Numbered from the stretch's first letter, positions 20,018 to 30,629 are shown. The stretch: 64,000 nt of DNA from Minisyncoccia bacterium (GCA_049304015.1 JBAQNS010000009.1:3228-67227), one strand, 5' to 3'. A program made the numbers and translations. The notes: generated from the sequence alone by a model not told the origin.

Positions 20018-20020
20018 AAA

Positions 20021-20075
20021 ACCAAAGTGGCCAAGGCCACAAACAATACAGCGCTCCCTTCGGGTGAGCGCTATT
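20021..20075. terminator. Two tandem hairpins (GTGGCCaaGGCCAC and AGCGCTC-ccUUCGgg-t-GAGCGCT) terminating convergent transcripts
   Basis: Perfect palindromes, one with a UUCG tetraloop. T-rich tracts follow on the minus strand (fmt end) and the plus strand. Confidence 0.45.
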
Positions 20076-20081
20076 TTCATA

Positions 20082-20825
20082 TTAAAAAATTACCTTTGGG
20101 TTACCACGGAGATAATCTTTGTATTCCATTTCTTTCTTACCAGGAGGTATAACTCTGTCTGGCACAAATTTATTATCTTCTATATGAGCCTTAGTGATAA
20201 CTAACTCTCCTTTTCTGGCTCTTGGCCAAATTTCATAAGCACGAACTTTGCGAAGAGCAATTTCTGGAGAATCATTTGTAATATCTGCGTTTTCTTTTCT
20301 TATCATCTTTGTATATGATGTGCTCTCGTTTGTTTGCTCAACTTCCTTCACTTCACCATTAATATATTTGGGTAAAATTTCTACGAGCATTTCTCCTCCG
20401 ACTTTGGCCAATATTCTTTCAGTTTCTGAGTATCCAAGGTTTAGAGGCAACTCAACTTCCTTTTGAGCAAGTATTGGTCCTTCGTCCATTCTTTCATTTA
20501 TTCTTTGGATAGTAACACCGGTTTTTTCACCACTAAGGATGGCTCCTTGAATTGGTGAAGGTCCACGAAGTTTGGGTAATAGAGATGGGTGAACATTTAA
20601 AGTTTTAAACTTCGGCATATAGATAAGCCAATCAGGGAGAATCTTTCCAAACGAAGCTACTATGAATACATCCGCATTAATAGACTCAAGTTTCTCTTTA
20701 TCTAATGGTTCATGAGCAGAAGTAATAGAGAGTGCTGGTGTGAAGCCATGGTCTACAAGCTCCTTTAGAATAAGTTTAGAAAATTCTGATGAACCAAAAT
20801 ATACAAAGCGAATGTTATTTTGCAT
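20082..20825 (-). CDS. fmt: Methionyl-tRNA formyltransferase
   Basis: N-terminal formyltransferase fold (IRFVYFGSSEFS...) and an HPSLLPKLRGPSPIQ motif. Start taken at MQNNIRF; overlaps the def stop by 11 nt. Confidence 0.85.
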   Translation of the reverse strand: MQNNIRFVYFGSSEFSKLILKELVDHGFTPALSITSAHEPLDKEKLESINADVFIVASFGKILPDWLIYMPKFKTLNVHPSLLPKLRGPSPIQGAILSGEKTGVTIQRINERMDEGPILAQKEVELPLNLGYSETERILAKVGGEMLVEILPKYINGEVKEVEQTNESTSYTKMIRKENADITNDSPEIALRKVRAYEIWPRARKGELVITKAHIEDNKFVPDRVIPPGKKEMEYKDYLRGNPKVIF

Positions 20826-21351
20826 TTTTTTGAGGTGGAATGTTTTCCACATTTTCTGCCTTATCAATAAAGAGGACACCATTTAAGTGGTCAACCTCGT
20901 GTTGAAATATCTGAGCCATTAATCCAGACGCACCTTTTTGAAATTTTTTGCCGTATTCATCATAGGCTTCAATGGTAGCTTTGCTACTCCTTTCTACTTG
21001 TCCATATAGCCATCTTACAGAAAGACATCCTTCCTCCATTTTCTTTTTTGTTTTTGAAAGTTTCTTTATGACAGGATTAATGAAAACCTGATCAGGGAAA
21101 ATAGATTTTTCTTTTATATCTTCATCATTGTTACTAATTATAGAGATTGTCCTGCCACTTATCACAAATATTCTTAAACTCTCACCAATCTGAGGTGCTG
21201 CTATGGCTACTCCATCGTCTTCTTTCTTTAGAGCACGTTTCATCTTTTCCAAAACAATTTGAATTCTTTTTGTCTTAATATCTTCAATTTTTACCGGTTT
21301 GGCATGTTGTCTTAGAACCGGTGAAGTCATTTGATGTATTAGTCCTTTCAT
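20815..21351 (-). CDS. def: Peptide deformylase
   Basis: Three Def motifs: GIAAPQIG, EGCLS and QHEVDHLNG. Confidence 0.9.
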   Translation of the reverse strand: MKGLIHQMTSPVLRQHAKPVKIEDIKTKRIQIVLEKMKRALKKEDDGVAIAAPQIGESLRIFVISGRTISIISNNDEDIKEKSIFPDQVFINPVIKKLSKTKKKMEEGCLSVRWLYGQVERSSKATIEAYDEYGKKFQKGASGLMAQIFQHEVDHLNGVLFIDKAENVENIPPQKNAK

Positions 21352-23258
21352 ATAATGCTTATAGGGTCTACTTTAATCAAAAAATCAGAACTAAGCAAAA
21401 GTAATTTATCTACAAGATTTCTATTTGGCCACATATCTCGTTTGAGTCTTAGAATCATCGAGAGGTTAATCTTTCCACTTTTCATACCTTTAGATTTCAT
21501 AAAATCTGGATTAAATTCTCTAAATGTTTGTTCTAGATATACAGATTTCTTCTCTAATTCACTAGGGGTACCTTCTGTGGATACTTTAATGAAAATTGAG
21601 ATGGGAGGGTATTGAAGTTCGTTTCTTTCTTGGATGTCCTTCCTATAGTACTCAAGTATGTCACCTTTAGAGGACATGGAAAGGATTTCTCTGCCTATAT
21701 TTCTAGTTTGAATGATGGCCAATGATTCACATTTCTCTAAAATCCTATTAACCAAATAAAATATCCTTTCATTAATATTAAAATCAGGAATTGAAAAGAG
21801 TGAATCCAAGGATACAACTCCTACATAAGGAATTTTTTCTAAATAAAGCAGTGCTAGTTCTGTCCCTATTAAAACTCCTTGCTCGTCATTCATGAATTTG
21901 CTCACTATTGATAGTGCCTTTGGAGCTGTACTGGCTTTGTCTTTATCCAATATATAAACATTTGCCTCAGGGAAGAGATTTTTGACTTCACTTGAGATTT
22001 TGTCTATACCGATGCCTAATGGGTTAAGGTTCCAGCTCGTGCATTTGTCGCACCTTGTTTCAGCTGTCCTCTTGGCTCCACAGGCGTGGCATAAATAAAA
22101 TCTTTCTTTTGCTTCGTGTAGTACTAGAGGCGCACCACAGTTAGAACACGCAAGCAGGTCTCCACAATCATTACAGATTGTAGAAGAAGCCAAACCTCTG
22201 CGTGTCCCAAATAAGAATATTTTCTTCTTTTCATTTAGTGCCCTTTCTATAAGTTCTTTGAGCTCTCTTGAGAATATTCTAAATTTCACTAACTCTTCTT
22301 CAGTGAGCTTGGCCGGGGCTTTCATATCAATCAGATTTACAGCTGCATCAAATCTAGTTTTCCACTTTAATGGCGATAATTCTGCAAACTTTCCTTGTTT
22401 TTCTAACCACAAAGATTTTATTGACAGCACTGAATCACCGAGGATAAGTGTTTTACCAGTCTCGCGAGCAAGTATTTCAAAAAAAGTTTTTGTATCAATG
22501 TAGGGTCTAGATAAAGTCTTATACGAACGAGAATTTTCTCTTTCTATAATTATCGTATTTAAATCCGTTCTATCAAATGCTCCATAAGATGAGGTGGTTA
22601 CCAATAAAATTGGATGTTTTTCTTTGTGGCATTTAATAAAGGTTTCTTTTAATTTCTTTTGGCTAAGGCCAATAGTAGTGAAGGCAAAGTCCTCAATGCC
22701 CTTGGATAATGTCTCAAATGATCTCTTAGCCTCTTCAACAGTTGGAGTAATAAACAAAATTGAACTACCTCGAGCGAAGGATTCTCTAATAATAGTTTTA
22801 TACTCTCCAAATCTTTCATCAAAAGGTAGTTGAATTAAGAACGGTTCATGAATGGTTTCTGGTTTATTTCTTTCTTTTTGAGTACTTTGAACTAATTCTG
22901 GGAAGTCCAAGAAGAATTTCGGCAGGACGGTACTTATAATGTTGCCGGTGGTAGTGGCAAAATAAGTTGCAGTTTGCTCGCAAGCTCTGATGAATCCTAT
23001 TGAAAGCTTTGTAGAACCACCCTTGGATAGTTTCTTTAAAGCAAACGAAGAACTTTTCAAATCACTCTTTACTGACCTTGCGTCCGAAATATTTGTGACT
23101 AAACCAAGTCCTAATTTATTTCTAATACTTATCCTCACAAAAGAACCAACTAAAACATCATCTTTTGTGAAGTAGGAAAGTGAAGAACGAAGCAATGATC
23201 TGCTTATAGGGATGACGGTTACTACCTTTAGGGTGTTCTTTTTTCCTTCTCTTTTCAT
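21348..23258 (-). CDS. priA: Primosomal protein N' (PriA) homolog with apparently degenerate helicase motifs
   Basis: N-terminal 3'-DNA-binding region (IPISRSLLRSSLSYF...VGSFVRISIRNKLGLGLV) and a 4x CxxC zinc-binding insert (CNDCGDLLACSNCG...CHACG...CDKCTS) are present. The helicase motifs look substituted: Walker A-like GEYKT, motif II EREN in place of DEEH, motif III DSVL in place of SATP, motif VI NRILEK in place of GRAGR. Lies in the conserved priA-def-fmt order. Confidence 0.8.
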   Translation of the reverse strand: MKREGKKNTLKVVTVIPISRSLLRSSLSYFTKDDVLVGSFVRISIRNKLGLGLVTNISDARSVKSDLKSSSFALKKLSKGGSTKLSIGFIRACEQTATYFATTTGNIISTVLPKFFLDFPELVQSTQKERNKPETIHEPFLIQLPFDERFGEYKTIIRESFARGSSILFITPTVEEAKRSFETLSKGIEDFAFTTIGLSQKKLKETFIKCHKEKHPILLVTTSSYGAFDRTDLNTIIIERENSRSYKTLSRPYIDTKTFFEILARETGKTLILGDSVLSIKSLWLEKQGKFAELSPLKWKTRFDAAVNLIDMKAPAKLTEEELVKFRIFSRELKELIERALNEKKKIFLFGTRRGLASSTICNDCGDLLACSNCGAPLVLHEAKERFYLCHACGAKRTAETRCDKCTSWNLNPLGIGIDKISSEVKNLFPEANVYILDKDKASTAPKALSIVSKFMNDEQGVLIGTELALLYLEKIPYVGVVSLDSLFSIPDFNINERIFYLVNRILEKCESLAIIQTRNIGREILSMSSKGDILEYYRKDIQERNELQYPPISIFIKVSTEGTPSELEKKSVYLEQTFREFNPDFMKSKGMKSGKINLSMILRLKRDMWPNRNLVDKLLLLSSDFLIKVDPISII

Positions 23259-23286
23259 ACGGCTATTATAGCGGTATCATAAGGCA

Positions 23287-24303
23287 ATGACAGCCTTTAG
23301 GACAAAAAAACTAGGTATTGACCTGGGGACTACAAATATACTCGTATTTGTACCTGGAGTGGGAATAGTACTCAATGAACCATCAGTAGTGGCAGTTTCT
23401 CAGGATGACAACAAGATTTTGGCTATTGGAGCTGAAGCAAAAACAATGATAGGTAGAACTCCAGATAATATTGTGGCCTATAGACCAATGAAAGATGGAG
23501 TTATCGCTGATTATAGAGTGACCGAAGCCATGCTCCGCTACTATATAAACAAAGCTTTGGGCAAATGGAATATTTTTAAACCTGATGTTTTGATTTCTGT
23601 TCCTGCTGGAGTGACTTCTACAGAGAGACGAGCGGTAGTTGAGGCAGCTATAAAGGCTGGAGCCAAGAATGCTTATGTAGTAAAAGAACCAATCCTTGCT
23701 GCTATTGGTGCGGGTATACCAATTCAAGAAGCCGCAGGACATATGATTGTAGATATTGGAGGAGGCACAACTGATGTGGCTGTTATTTCTCTTGGTGGTA
23801 TTGTGGGATCGACTTCTGTGAAGGTGGCAGGGAACAAAATTGATTTGGCCATAGCTGACTATATAAAGAAAACCTATAACCTTGCGATTGGAGACAAAAC
23901 TGCTGAAGATATAAAAATAAAAGTGGGTTCGGCCGTGCCTCTTGATGAAGAGTTGGTGATGACTGTGAAGGGTAGAGACTTTATATTAGGCTTACCTAGA
24001 ACTATAGAAATTAAATCAAACGAGATTACCAAAGCCATAGGCAAAGAACTTCGTGAGATGGTGAAAGCTATAAAAGATGTGCTCCAAGAAACTCCTCCAG
24101 AACTTTCTTCAGACATTATTGACCGAGGCATAATTATGACTGGAGGTTCTTCTATGCTTCGTCATTTACCAGAACTTGTTTTTAGACGAACAGGAGTGAA
24201 AGCAGTTTTAGCCAAAGATGCTCTCTATTGTGTAGCTAAGGGAACAGGAGTTGCTCTTGAACACTTGGAAGTTTATAAGAAATCAATAATAGCCAAGAGA
24301 TAA
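23287..24303 (+). CDS. mreB: Rod shape-determining protein MreB
   Basis: LGIDLGTTN phosphate-1 motif and actin-fold blocks; 338 aa. Confidence 0.9.
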   Translation: MTAFRTKKLGIDLGTTNILVFVPGVGIVLNEPSVVAVSQDDNKILAIGAEAKTMIGRTPDNIVAYRPMKDGVIADYRVTEAMLRYYINKALGKWNIFKPDVLISVPAGVTSTERRAVVEAAIKAGAKNAYVVKEPILAAIGAGIPIQEAAGHMIVDIGGGTTDVAVISLGGIVGSTSVKVAGNKIDLAIADYIKKTYNLAIGDKTAEDIKIKVGSAVPLDEELVMTVKGRDFILGLPRTIEIKSNEITKAIGKELREMVKAIKDVLQETPPELSSDIIDRGIIMTGGSSMLRHLPELVFRRTGVKAVLAKDALYCVAKGTGVALEHLEVYKKSIIAKR

Positions 24304-25509
24304 GTGAAGCCAATCAAGTTTACTATTCATAAAGAGCTCGATGGGCAATTAGGTCGAGCTGGCAGTATTTCTACTCCGCATGGAGATATTCTGACCCCTG
24401 CGTTTGTGACTGTGGGGACAAAGGCCACAGTGAAAGCCCTTACTCCAGAGGATGTACTCAGCGCTGGTGCGGATGTGGTGCTCGCGAATACATATCACCT
24501 CTATCTTCAACCAGGAGATGAACGAGTGAAAAAGTTTGGGGGACTACACAAATTTATGAATTGGCACGGGCCTATGATGACTGATTCTGGAGGTTTCCAA
24601 GTATTTTCTCTTGGTGCAGCTTATGGTAAGGCGTTGAACAAAGTGGTTTCTATAACTGACCCATCACTCCTTATACCTGAGCGTTCAAATGATAGTGATA
24701 TTCCTCGTTTAGCTACAATTGGTTCTGATGGTGTGTCATTTCGCTCACACATAGATGGTTCTCTTCACTACATCACTCCAGAAAAGTCCATAGAGATTCA
24801 ACATAACCTTGGAGCAGATATAATTTTTGCTTTTGATGAATGTACTTCTCCAACAGAAAAATTTGCTTATCAAGAAGAAGCTTTAGACAGAACTCATAGA
24901 TGGGCAAAGAAAAGTTTTGAATATCATAAATCAAAACCGAATTCCGAAACTCAGGCATTGTTCGGTGTTGTCCAAGGAGGAAGGGAAGAATCTTTAAGGA
25001 AAAAATCGGCAGAATATATTTCTAGTTTAGATTTTGATGGTTTTGGAATCGGTGGAAGCTTCGCCAAGGAGGACATGAGTACTGCGGTTAAATGGGTGAA
25101 CGAAATATTGCCCAAAGATAAACCAAGACACTTATTGGGAATAGGTGAGCCAGAAGATTTGTTTATGGGAGTAGAGAACGGAGTAGATTTGTTTGATTGT
25201 GTGGCTCCAACTCGTAGAGCAAGAGGGGGAACTTTGTATACAAATAATGGGACTATAAATATAGGCAATGCACAATTCGTCGATGCTCAAGGACCAATAG
25301 ATCCAGAATGTGGGTGCTCAACATGCAAAAATTATTCACTCGGATATCTCTCTCACCTGAATCGGTCTCATGAAATGTTGTTTGCCACGCTTGGTTCAAT
25401 TCATAATCTCTACTTCATCATCAATCTAGTAAAAAAAATGCGTCAGAGTATTTTGGATGGGAATTTCAAAGAATATAAAGAAAGTTTTTTAAAAAAATAC
25501 TTAAAATAA
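24304..25509 (+). CDS. tgt: Queuine tRNA-ribosyltransferase
   Basis: TIM-barrel motifs and the Zn site CGCSTC...H (ECGCSTCKNYSLGYLSHL); GTG start directly after the mreB stop. Confidence 0.9.
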   Translation: MKPIKFTIHKELDGQLGRAGSISTPHGDILTPAFVTVGTKATVKALTPEDVLSAGADVVLANTYHLYLQPGDERVKKFGGLHKFMNWHGPMMTDSGGFQVFSLGAAYGKALNKVVSITDPSLLIPERSNDSDIPRLATIGSDGVSFRSHIDGSLHYITPEKSIEIQHNLGADIIFAFDECTSPTEKFAYQEEALDRTHRWAKKSFEYHKSKPNSETQALFGVVQGGREESLRKKSAEYISSLDFDGFGIGGSFAKEDMSTAVKWVNEILPKDKPRHLLGIGEPEDLFMGVENGVDLFDCVAPTRRARGGTLYTNNGTINIGNAQFVDAQGPIDPECGCSTCKNYSLGYLSHLNRSHEMLFATLGSIHNLYFIINLVKKMRQSILDGNFKEYKESFLKKYLK

Positions 25510-25532
25510 GCAATTTGCTATAATACGCAAAT

Positions 25533-27560
25533 ATGACAATTTTTAAGATTAAAAATGACTTTAAACCAGCTGGAGACCAACCCAAGGCCATTAAAGAGTT
25601 GGTCGAAGGTATAAAGAAAGGTAAACGTTACCAAACTCTTTTGGGTGTGACTGGTTCAGGGAAAACTTTCACTGCGGCGAATGTGATAGAGCAAATAGGC
25701 AAGCCAACTCTCGTCATTGCCCACAACAAAACCCTTGCAGCTCAACTCGCTCAGGAGTACAGAGAATTCTTCCCAGACAACGCCGTGCACTACTTTGTGT
25801 CTTACTACGATTACTATCAACCAGAGGCCTATATGCCGGTCACAGATACCTATATAGAGAAGGAAGCGATGATTAATGAAGAGATTGACCGACTTAGACA
25901 CGCTTCAACTCAAGCCTTACTCACAAGAAAAGATGTGATTATTGTGGCTTCAGTGTCTTGTATTTATGGTCTTGGTTCACCAGCAGAATATGAGAAAGTA
26001 AATATGAAGATAGTAAAAGGGGACAAACTTAGTCGCGCAGATTTTATCCGTGACCTTATTGACATACATTTCTCTAGAACTAACGCAGATGTGAAGCCAG
26101 GGACATTTAGAGCCTTGGGGAATGCAGTAGAGATAATGCCCACAGGTGAAAGAATGATTTATAGAATTGAATTAGAAGAAGGACAAATTAAATCTATAAA
26201 ACGTATTGATGCAGTCAGTCGAACTATAATTAGTGAACCAGATTCATTTTTCCTCTTTCCAGCCAAACACTTTATTACTGATGAAGACACAAACAAAAAA
26301 GCTGTACAAAAAATAAAATTAGAATTAGAAGAACAGTTAGAGAAGTTTAAGAAGGAAGGCAAGTTGCTCGAAGCCGAACGGTTAAAACGCAGAACCACAT
26401 GTGACCTTGCGATGATAAGAGAGATTGGATACTGCAACGGGATAGAAAACTATTCTCGTCTTTTCTCAAATAGAAAAGCTGGAGAAGCACCCGATACTCT
26501 GCTCTCGTACTTTCCACACAAAGCAGATGGTTCACCAGACTTCCTCACAGTCATAGACGAATCACACGTGTCACTCCCACAAATAGGAGGAATGTACGCA
26601 GGTGATAAATCGAGAAAAGATACGCTTATAGAACACGGTTTTAGACTACCCTCAGCTCGAGATAATAGACCACTTAGAATAGAAGAATTTAAGGACAGAG
26701 TCGGTCAAATAATATTCACCAGTGCTACTCCAGGTAAATTTGAACTAGAACATAGTGGGGAATTAGTTGAGCAAGTTATTCGTCCAACTGGTCTTATTGA
26801 CCCAGAAGTAACTATTCGACCTATCCAATCCAAAGGTAAATACGAAGGACAAATAAAGGATTTTATAGATGAGACAGAAAAAGCTATCAAGAAGGGCGGG
26901 CGAGTGATAGCTACAACCTTGACCAAGAAAATGGCAGAAGATTTGGCTGAATATTTGAAGGAAAAAAAGATAAAAGCAAGGTACCTACATAGTGAGATAA
27001 AAACAATAGAGCGAATAGAAATTTTGACTGAATTTAGAAAAGGAACTTTTGACTGTTTAGTAGGTGTGAACTTGCTTCGAGAAGGCTTGGATTTACCCGA
27101 AGTTACATTTATAGGAATTTTGGATGCAGACAAAGAAGGTTTTCTCCGCAGTGAGACATCACTTATACAAATTATTGGTCGCGCTGCGAGAAACCTTGAA
27201 GGCAAAGTTATTCTTTATGCAGACAATGTCACTGGTTCTATAGAGAGAGCAATGAGTGAGACTCTAAGAAGAAGAAAAATCCAGATTGCATACAACAAAA
27301 AACACAACATCACTCCAATTAGTATTAAAAAGAAAATTAAAGATATTACTGATACATTAGAACGTGAACACCATAATGCTGTAGGTCTACTTATGGAAAC
27401 AGATGAGGTTTTGTTTATGAAGAATCCAAAGAAATTTATTAAAACAAAAAGAGAAGAAATGGAAGAAGCGGTGAAGGATTTAGACTTTGAAACAGCAGCG
27501 ATAATTAGAGATGAAATCAGAATGCTCGAAGCAAAATTAGAAAAGAAAAAAGCAGCCTGA
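25533..27560 (+). CDS. uvrB: Excinuclease ABC subunit B
   Basis: GVTGSGKTFT Walker A, YYDYYQPEAY beta-hairpin, helicase motifs and a C-terminal UVR domain; 675 aa. Confidence 0.95.
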   Translation: MTIFKIKNDFKPAGDQPKAIKELVEGIKKGKRYQTLLGVTGSGKTFTAANVIEQIGKPTLVIAHNKTLAAQLAQEYREFFPDNAVHYFVSYYDYYQPEAYMPVTDTYIEKEAMINEEIDRLRHASTQALLTRKDVIIVASVSCIYGLGSPAEYEKVNMKIVKGDKLSRADFIRDLIDIHFSRTNADVKPGTFRALGNAVEIMPTGERMIYRIELEEGQIKSIKRIDAVSRTIISEPDSFFLFPAKHFITDEDTNKKAVQKIKLELEEQLEKFKKEGKLLEAERLKRRTTCDLAMIREIGYCNGIENYSRLFSNRKAGEAPDTLLSYFPHKADGSPDFLTVIDESHVSLPQIGGMYAGDKSRKDTLIEHGFRLPSARDNRPLRIEEFKDRVGQIIFTSATPGKFELEHSGELVEQVIRPTGLIDPEVTIRPIQSKGKYEGQIKDFIDETEKAIKKGGRVIATTLTKKMAEDLAEYLKEKKIKARYLHSEIKTIERIEILTEFRKGTFDCLVGVNLLREGLDLPEVTFIGILDADKEGFLRSETSLIQIIGRAARNLEGKVILYADNVTGSIERAMSETLRRRKIQIAYNKKHNITPISIKKKIKDITDTLEREHHNAVGLLMETDEVLFMKNPKKFIKTKREEMEEAVKDLDFETAAIIRDEIRMLEAKLEKKKAA

Positions 27561-27854
27561 CTAGGCTGCGTGTGAGTGACACGAGGTGCGGAATGATTGA
27601 CGAACAGAGCGGGGGCGTTTGTTTTTCTTACGCATCGAATCAAAGAACCTGCGCGATGAGCGTTTACGGCACGGGTGTCCGTAGTGCCAGTGTTCCTTTA
27701 CCTCCGGCGGAAGGTCGGGTCGTTCGCAATGGCAGACATAGGGCTTCAACCCTTTGTCTCCAACTTTTTTCGCTGCGGCATATGCTTCACCGCGAGTGCG
27801 ATACCAATTCTTCTTGCGAGTGCAGCTTTTCCACCGAAATTCGCTGGGTGACAT
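27561..27854 (-). CDS. Hypothetical small basic Cys/His-rich protein (possible Zn-binding) in a GC-rich islet
   Basis: 97 aa: ...KNWYRTRGEAYAAAKKVGDKGLKPYVCHCERPDLPPEVKEHWHYGHPCRKRS.... It spans almost the entire ~400-bp GC-rich island between uvrB and uvrA. The Y..EA.AA..PC..C.P portion loosely resembles Ada-type Zn-binding motifs. No clear SD. Confidence 0.35.
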   Translation of the reverse strand: MSPSEFRWKSCTRKKNWYRTRGEAYAAAKKVGDKGLKPYVCHCERPDLPPEVKEHWHYGHPCRKRSSRRFFDSMRKKNKRPRSVRQSFRTSCHSHAA

Positions 27855-28004
27855 TTCGCCCCGGGTTAAGTGTGAAGAACGCCCTTATTAAAAATATCAC
27901 GTGCGATTTTTATTTAAATACAAAAAGGTGGATAAGAATTATTTAGGATGATATAATCCGTTCGTGTCAAACCCTATGGGCCAACCCGTGGGGGATTTGA
28001 GTAT

Positions 28005-30629
28005 ATGGAGAAAAATAAAAACAAAAATAAAGAGGATTTAATCATAGTGAAGGGTGCCCGAACACACAATCTAAAGAACCTAAGTGTGGAGATGCCTCGC
28101 AACAAAATGATTGTTTTCACAGGACTTTCTGGTTCAGGCAAGTCTTCTTTGGCTTTTGATACTATTTTCGCAGAAGGACAAAGGCGCTATGTAGAATCAC
28201 TATCTTCTTATGCTCGCCAGTTTTTAAAACAAATGCAGAAGCCTGATGTAGATGAAATTAGCGGTCTGTCTCCAGCCATATCCATTGATCAAAAATCCCG
28301 TTCAAATAACCCTCGTTCAACTGTGGCCACTATCACCGAGATATATGACTATCTACGTATTTTGTATGCTCGTATTGGCCGGCCACACTGTTTAGTGTGT
28401 GGTTCAGAAATCAAGAAACTTTCAAATGAAGAAATAAAAACATTTGTCTTAGAAAAAATTGCCACTTATTCAACTGAAAATAAATCTAAAAAGATTGCCT
28501 TACCTGTTTATGTAGAAATTTATTCTCCAATAGTTCGAGGTAGAAAAGGAGAATACTACCAACTTCTATATGACCTCTTAGGTAAGGGCTACACTGAAGT
28601 ATTGGTTGATGGAGAAAGAAAAAAACTTCGAGAGAGAATAGTGCTGACTAAAACCAAAGTACACAATATATCAGTACTGGTTGATTCAATTAGCCTGAAT
28701 GAATTTAAAACAGATGAGAAAACTGCGAGCGAAAGGTTGAGTGAAGCAATAGAGAAAGCTATTCATGAATCAGATGGACTTTTAGTAGTTAGATTTAGAG
28801 ATTTGGCAGATGAACAAAAACCAAAGAAAGAACAAAAAGAGGTAGAAGAATTTCTCATGTCTGCGAAGTGGGCTTGTCCAAAAGACGGATTCTCTTTCCC
28901 AGAAATTGAGCCTCGTTTGTTCTCTTTTAACTCTCCATATGGTGCATGCCCAGAATGCAATGGTCTAGGGACAAAATATCTGTTTGGTAATACTCCATGT
29001 GAAAAGTGTAAGGGTAAAAGACTTAGAGAAGAAGCCTTGCATGTTTTGATTGGTGGTAAGAATATTGTTGAATTAGTGGCTCTGTCTATTCATGATGCAA
29101 ATGAATTTTTTAAAAAATTAAAATTAACAATCAGAGAGAAAAATATTTCTAAGGTGGTGACCAAAGAAATCGAAGCCAGACTAGATTTTATGTTAAACGT
29201 GGGTATTGATTATTTAACCCTAGACAGACGAGCTCACACACTCTCGGGTGGAGAAGCTCAGCGTATTAGACTTGCGTCTCAGCTCGGTTCTGGTCTTGTG
29301 GGAGCCCTCTACGTGCTCGATGAGCCAACTATAGGTCTACACAGCAGAGATAATGATAGGCTAATAAAAACTCTTCATGAGCTACGCGATTTGGGGAACA
29401 CTATACTTATAGTTGAACACGATGAAGATACAATATATTCTTCTGATTATATTGTGGACATTGGTCCGGGCGCAGGCACACACGGTGGGCATGTGGTAGT
29501 GGCTGATTATTTGGACACTCTCCTCACAGCTAAAAAAAATGATTCAAAATCTTTAACTCTTTCTTATCTCAGAGAAGAATCAAGAATTGAAACTCCAGAA
29601 GTTCGAAGAACTAGTGAAAAGGGTGAAATAAAAATTCGCGCTGGGAAAATATTTAATATTAGACATTTGAATGTTGATATTCCCCTTGGTCGACTTATTG
29701 CAGTCACCGGAGTGTCTGGCTCAGGGAAATCTTCTTTTGTTTATGAAATTTTATACAAAAATTTACAAGCAAGATTAGAAAAAAGATATAGAAGTGCAGA
29801 GACATACAATGCTCAGTCTTTCACTGGTAGTGAGTATATTGGGAGAGCCATCATGATTGACCAGTCACCAATTGGTCGAACACCAAGAAGTAATCCAGCA
29901 ACTTATACTGGAGCATTTACATTTATTCGTGATCTCTTCGCAGAGTCTGCAGAAGCACGTGCTCGTGGATGGAAAGCTAATAGATTCTCATTCAATGTGA
30001 AAGGAGGTCGGTGTGAGACCTGTCAGGGCAATGGCATGATTGAAGTTGAGATGCATTTCCTTCCAACTGTCTATGTGCCTTGTGATGTCTGTAAGGGTAA
30101 AAGATTTATGAAAGAAACTCTGGAGGTTGAATACAAAAAGAAAAATATTTTTCAAATCCTAGAGATGACTGTTGAAGAAGCTTTAAAGTTTTATGAAGAT
30201 ATACCAGCAATCTATGACAGATTAAAATGTTTATGTGATGTTGGGCTTGGTTATCTTAAATTAGGTCAATCTGCTACCACTTTGTCTGGTGGGGAGGCCC
30301 AAAGAGTGAAGATTGCTTCCGAACTCTATCGTCCTCAACATCAAAAAACTATTTATATTTTGGACGAACCAACTATAGGACTCCATTATGAGGATGTGAA
30401 AAAACTTATAGAAATTCTCCAAATACTAGTAGACAAGGGCAATACAGTAATAGTCATTGAACACAATCTAGATTTTATTAAGAGTTGTGATTATGTATTA
30501 GATATTGGTCCAGAAGGTGGAAACAATGGTGGGGAATTAGTGGCTCAAGGGACACCTGAGGAGGTGGCTAATACAGATACTCATACAGGTGTTTATCTAA
30601 GAAAAATACTTAAAAAGCCTCGCCCGTAG
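28005..30629 (+). CDS. uvrA: Excinuclease ABC subunit A
   Basis: Two ABC ATPase modules ([12 protein letters not shown] and [11 protein letters not shown] Walker A, LSGGEAQR signatures) and zinc-finger CxxC pairs; 874 aa. Confidence 0.95.
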   Translation: MEKNKNKNKEDLIIVKGARTHNLKNLSVEMPRNKMIVFTGLSGSGKSSLAFDTIFAEGQRRYVESLSSYARQFLKQMQKPDVDEISGLSPAISIDQKSRSNNPRSTVATITEIYDYLRILYARIGRPHCLVCGSEIKKLSNEEIKTFVLEKIATYSTENKSKKIALPVYVEIYSPIVRGRKGEYYQLLYDLLGKGYTEVLVDGERKKLRERIVLTKTKVHNISVLVDSISLNEFKTDEKTASERLSEAIEKAIHESDGLLVVRFRDLADEQKPKKEQKEVEEFLMSAKWACPKDGFSFPEIEPRLFSFNSPYGACPECNGLGTKYLFGNTPCEKCKGKRLREEALHVLIGGKNIVELVALSIHDANEFFKKLKLTIREKNISKVVTKEIEARLDFMLNVGIDYLTLDRRAHTLSGGEAQRIRLASQLGSGLVGALYVLDEPTIGLHSRDNDRLIKTLHELRDLGNTILIVEHDEDTIYSSDYIVDIGPGAGTHGGHVVVADYLDTLLTAKKNDSKSLTLSYLREESRIETPEVRRTSEKGEIKIRAGKIFNIRHLNVDIPLGRLIAVTGVSGSGKSSFVYEILYKNLQARLEKRYRSAETYNAQSFTGSEYIGRAIMIDQSPIGRTPRSNPATYTGAFTFIRDLFAESAEARARGWKANRFSFNVKGGRCETCQGNGMIEVEMHFLPTVYVPCDVCKGKRFMKETLEVEYKKKNIFQILEMTVEEALKFYEDIPAIYDRLKCLCDVGLGYLKLGQSATTLSGGEAQRVKIASELYRPQHQKTIYILDEPTIGLHYEDVKKLIEILQILVDKGNTVIVIEHNLDFIKSCDYVLDIGPEGGNNGGELVAQGTPEEVANTDTHTGVYLRKILKKPRP

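Noticed and set aside
19670-20152. ORFs 19670-20080 (-, 136 aa) and 19895-20152 (+, 85 aa)
   Set aside because: They fall in the GC-rich promoter-to-terminator ncRNA candidate. The translations are not protein-like (Cys/Arg/Thr-rich) and there is no SD or start context. They are treated as composition artefacts.
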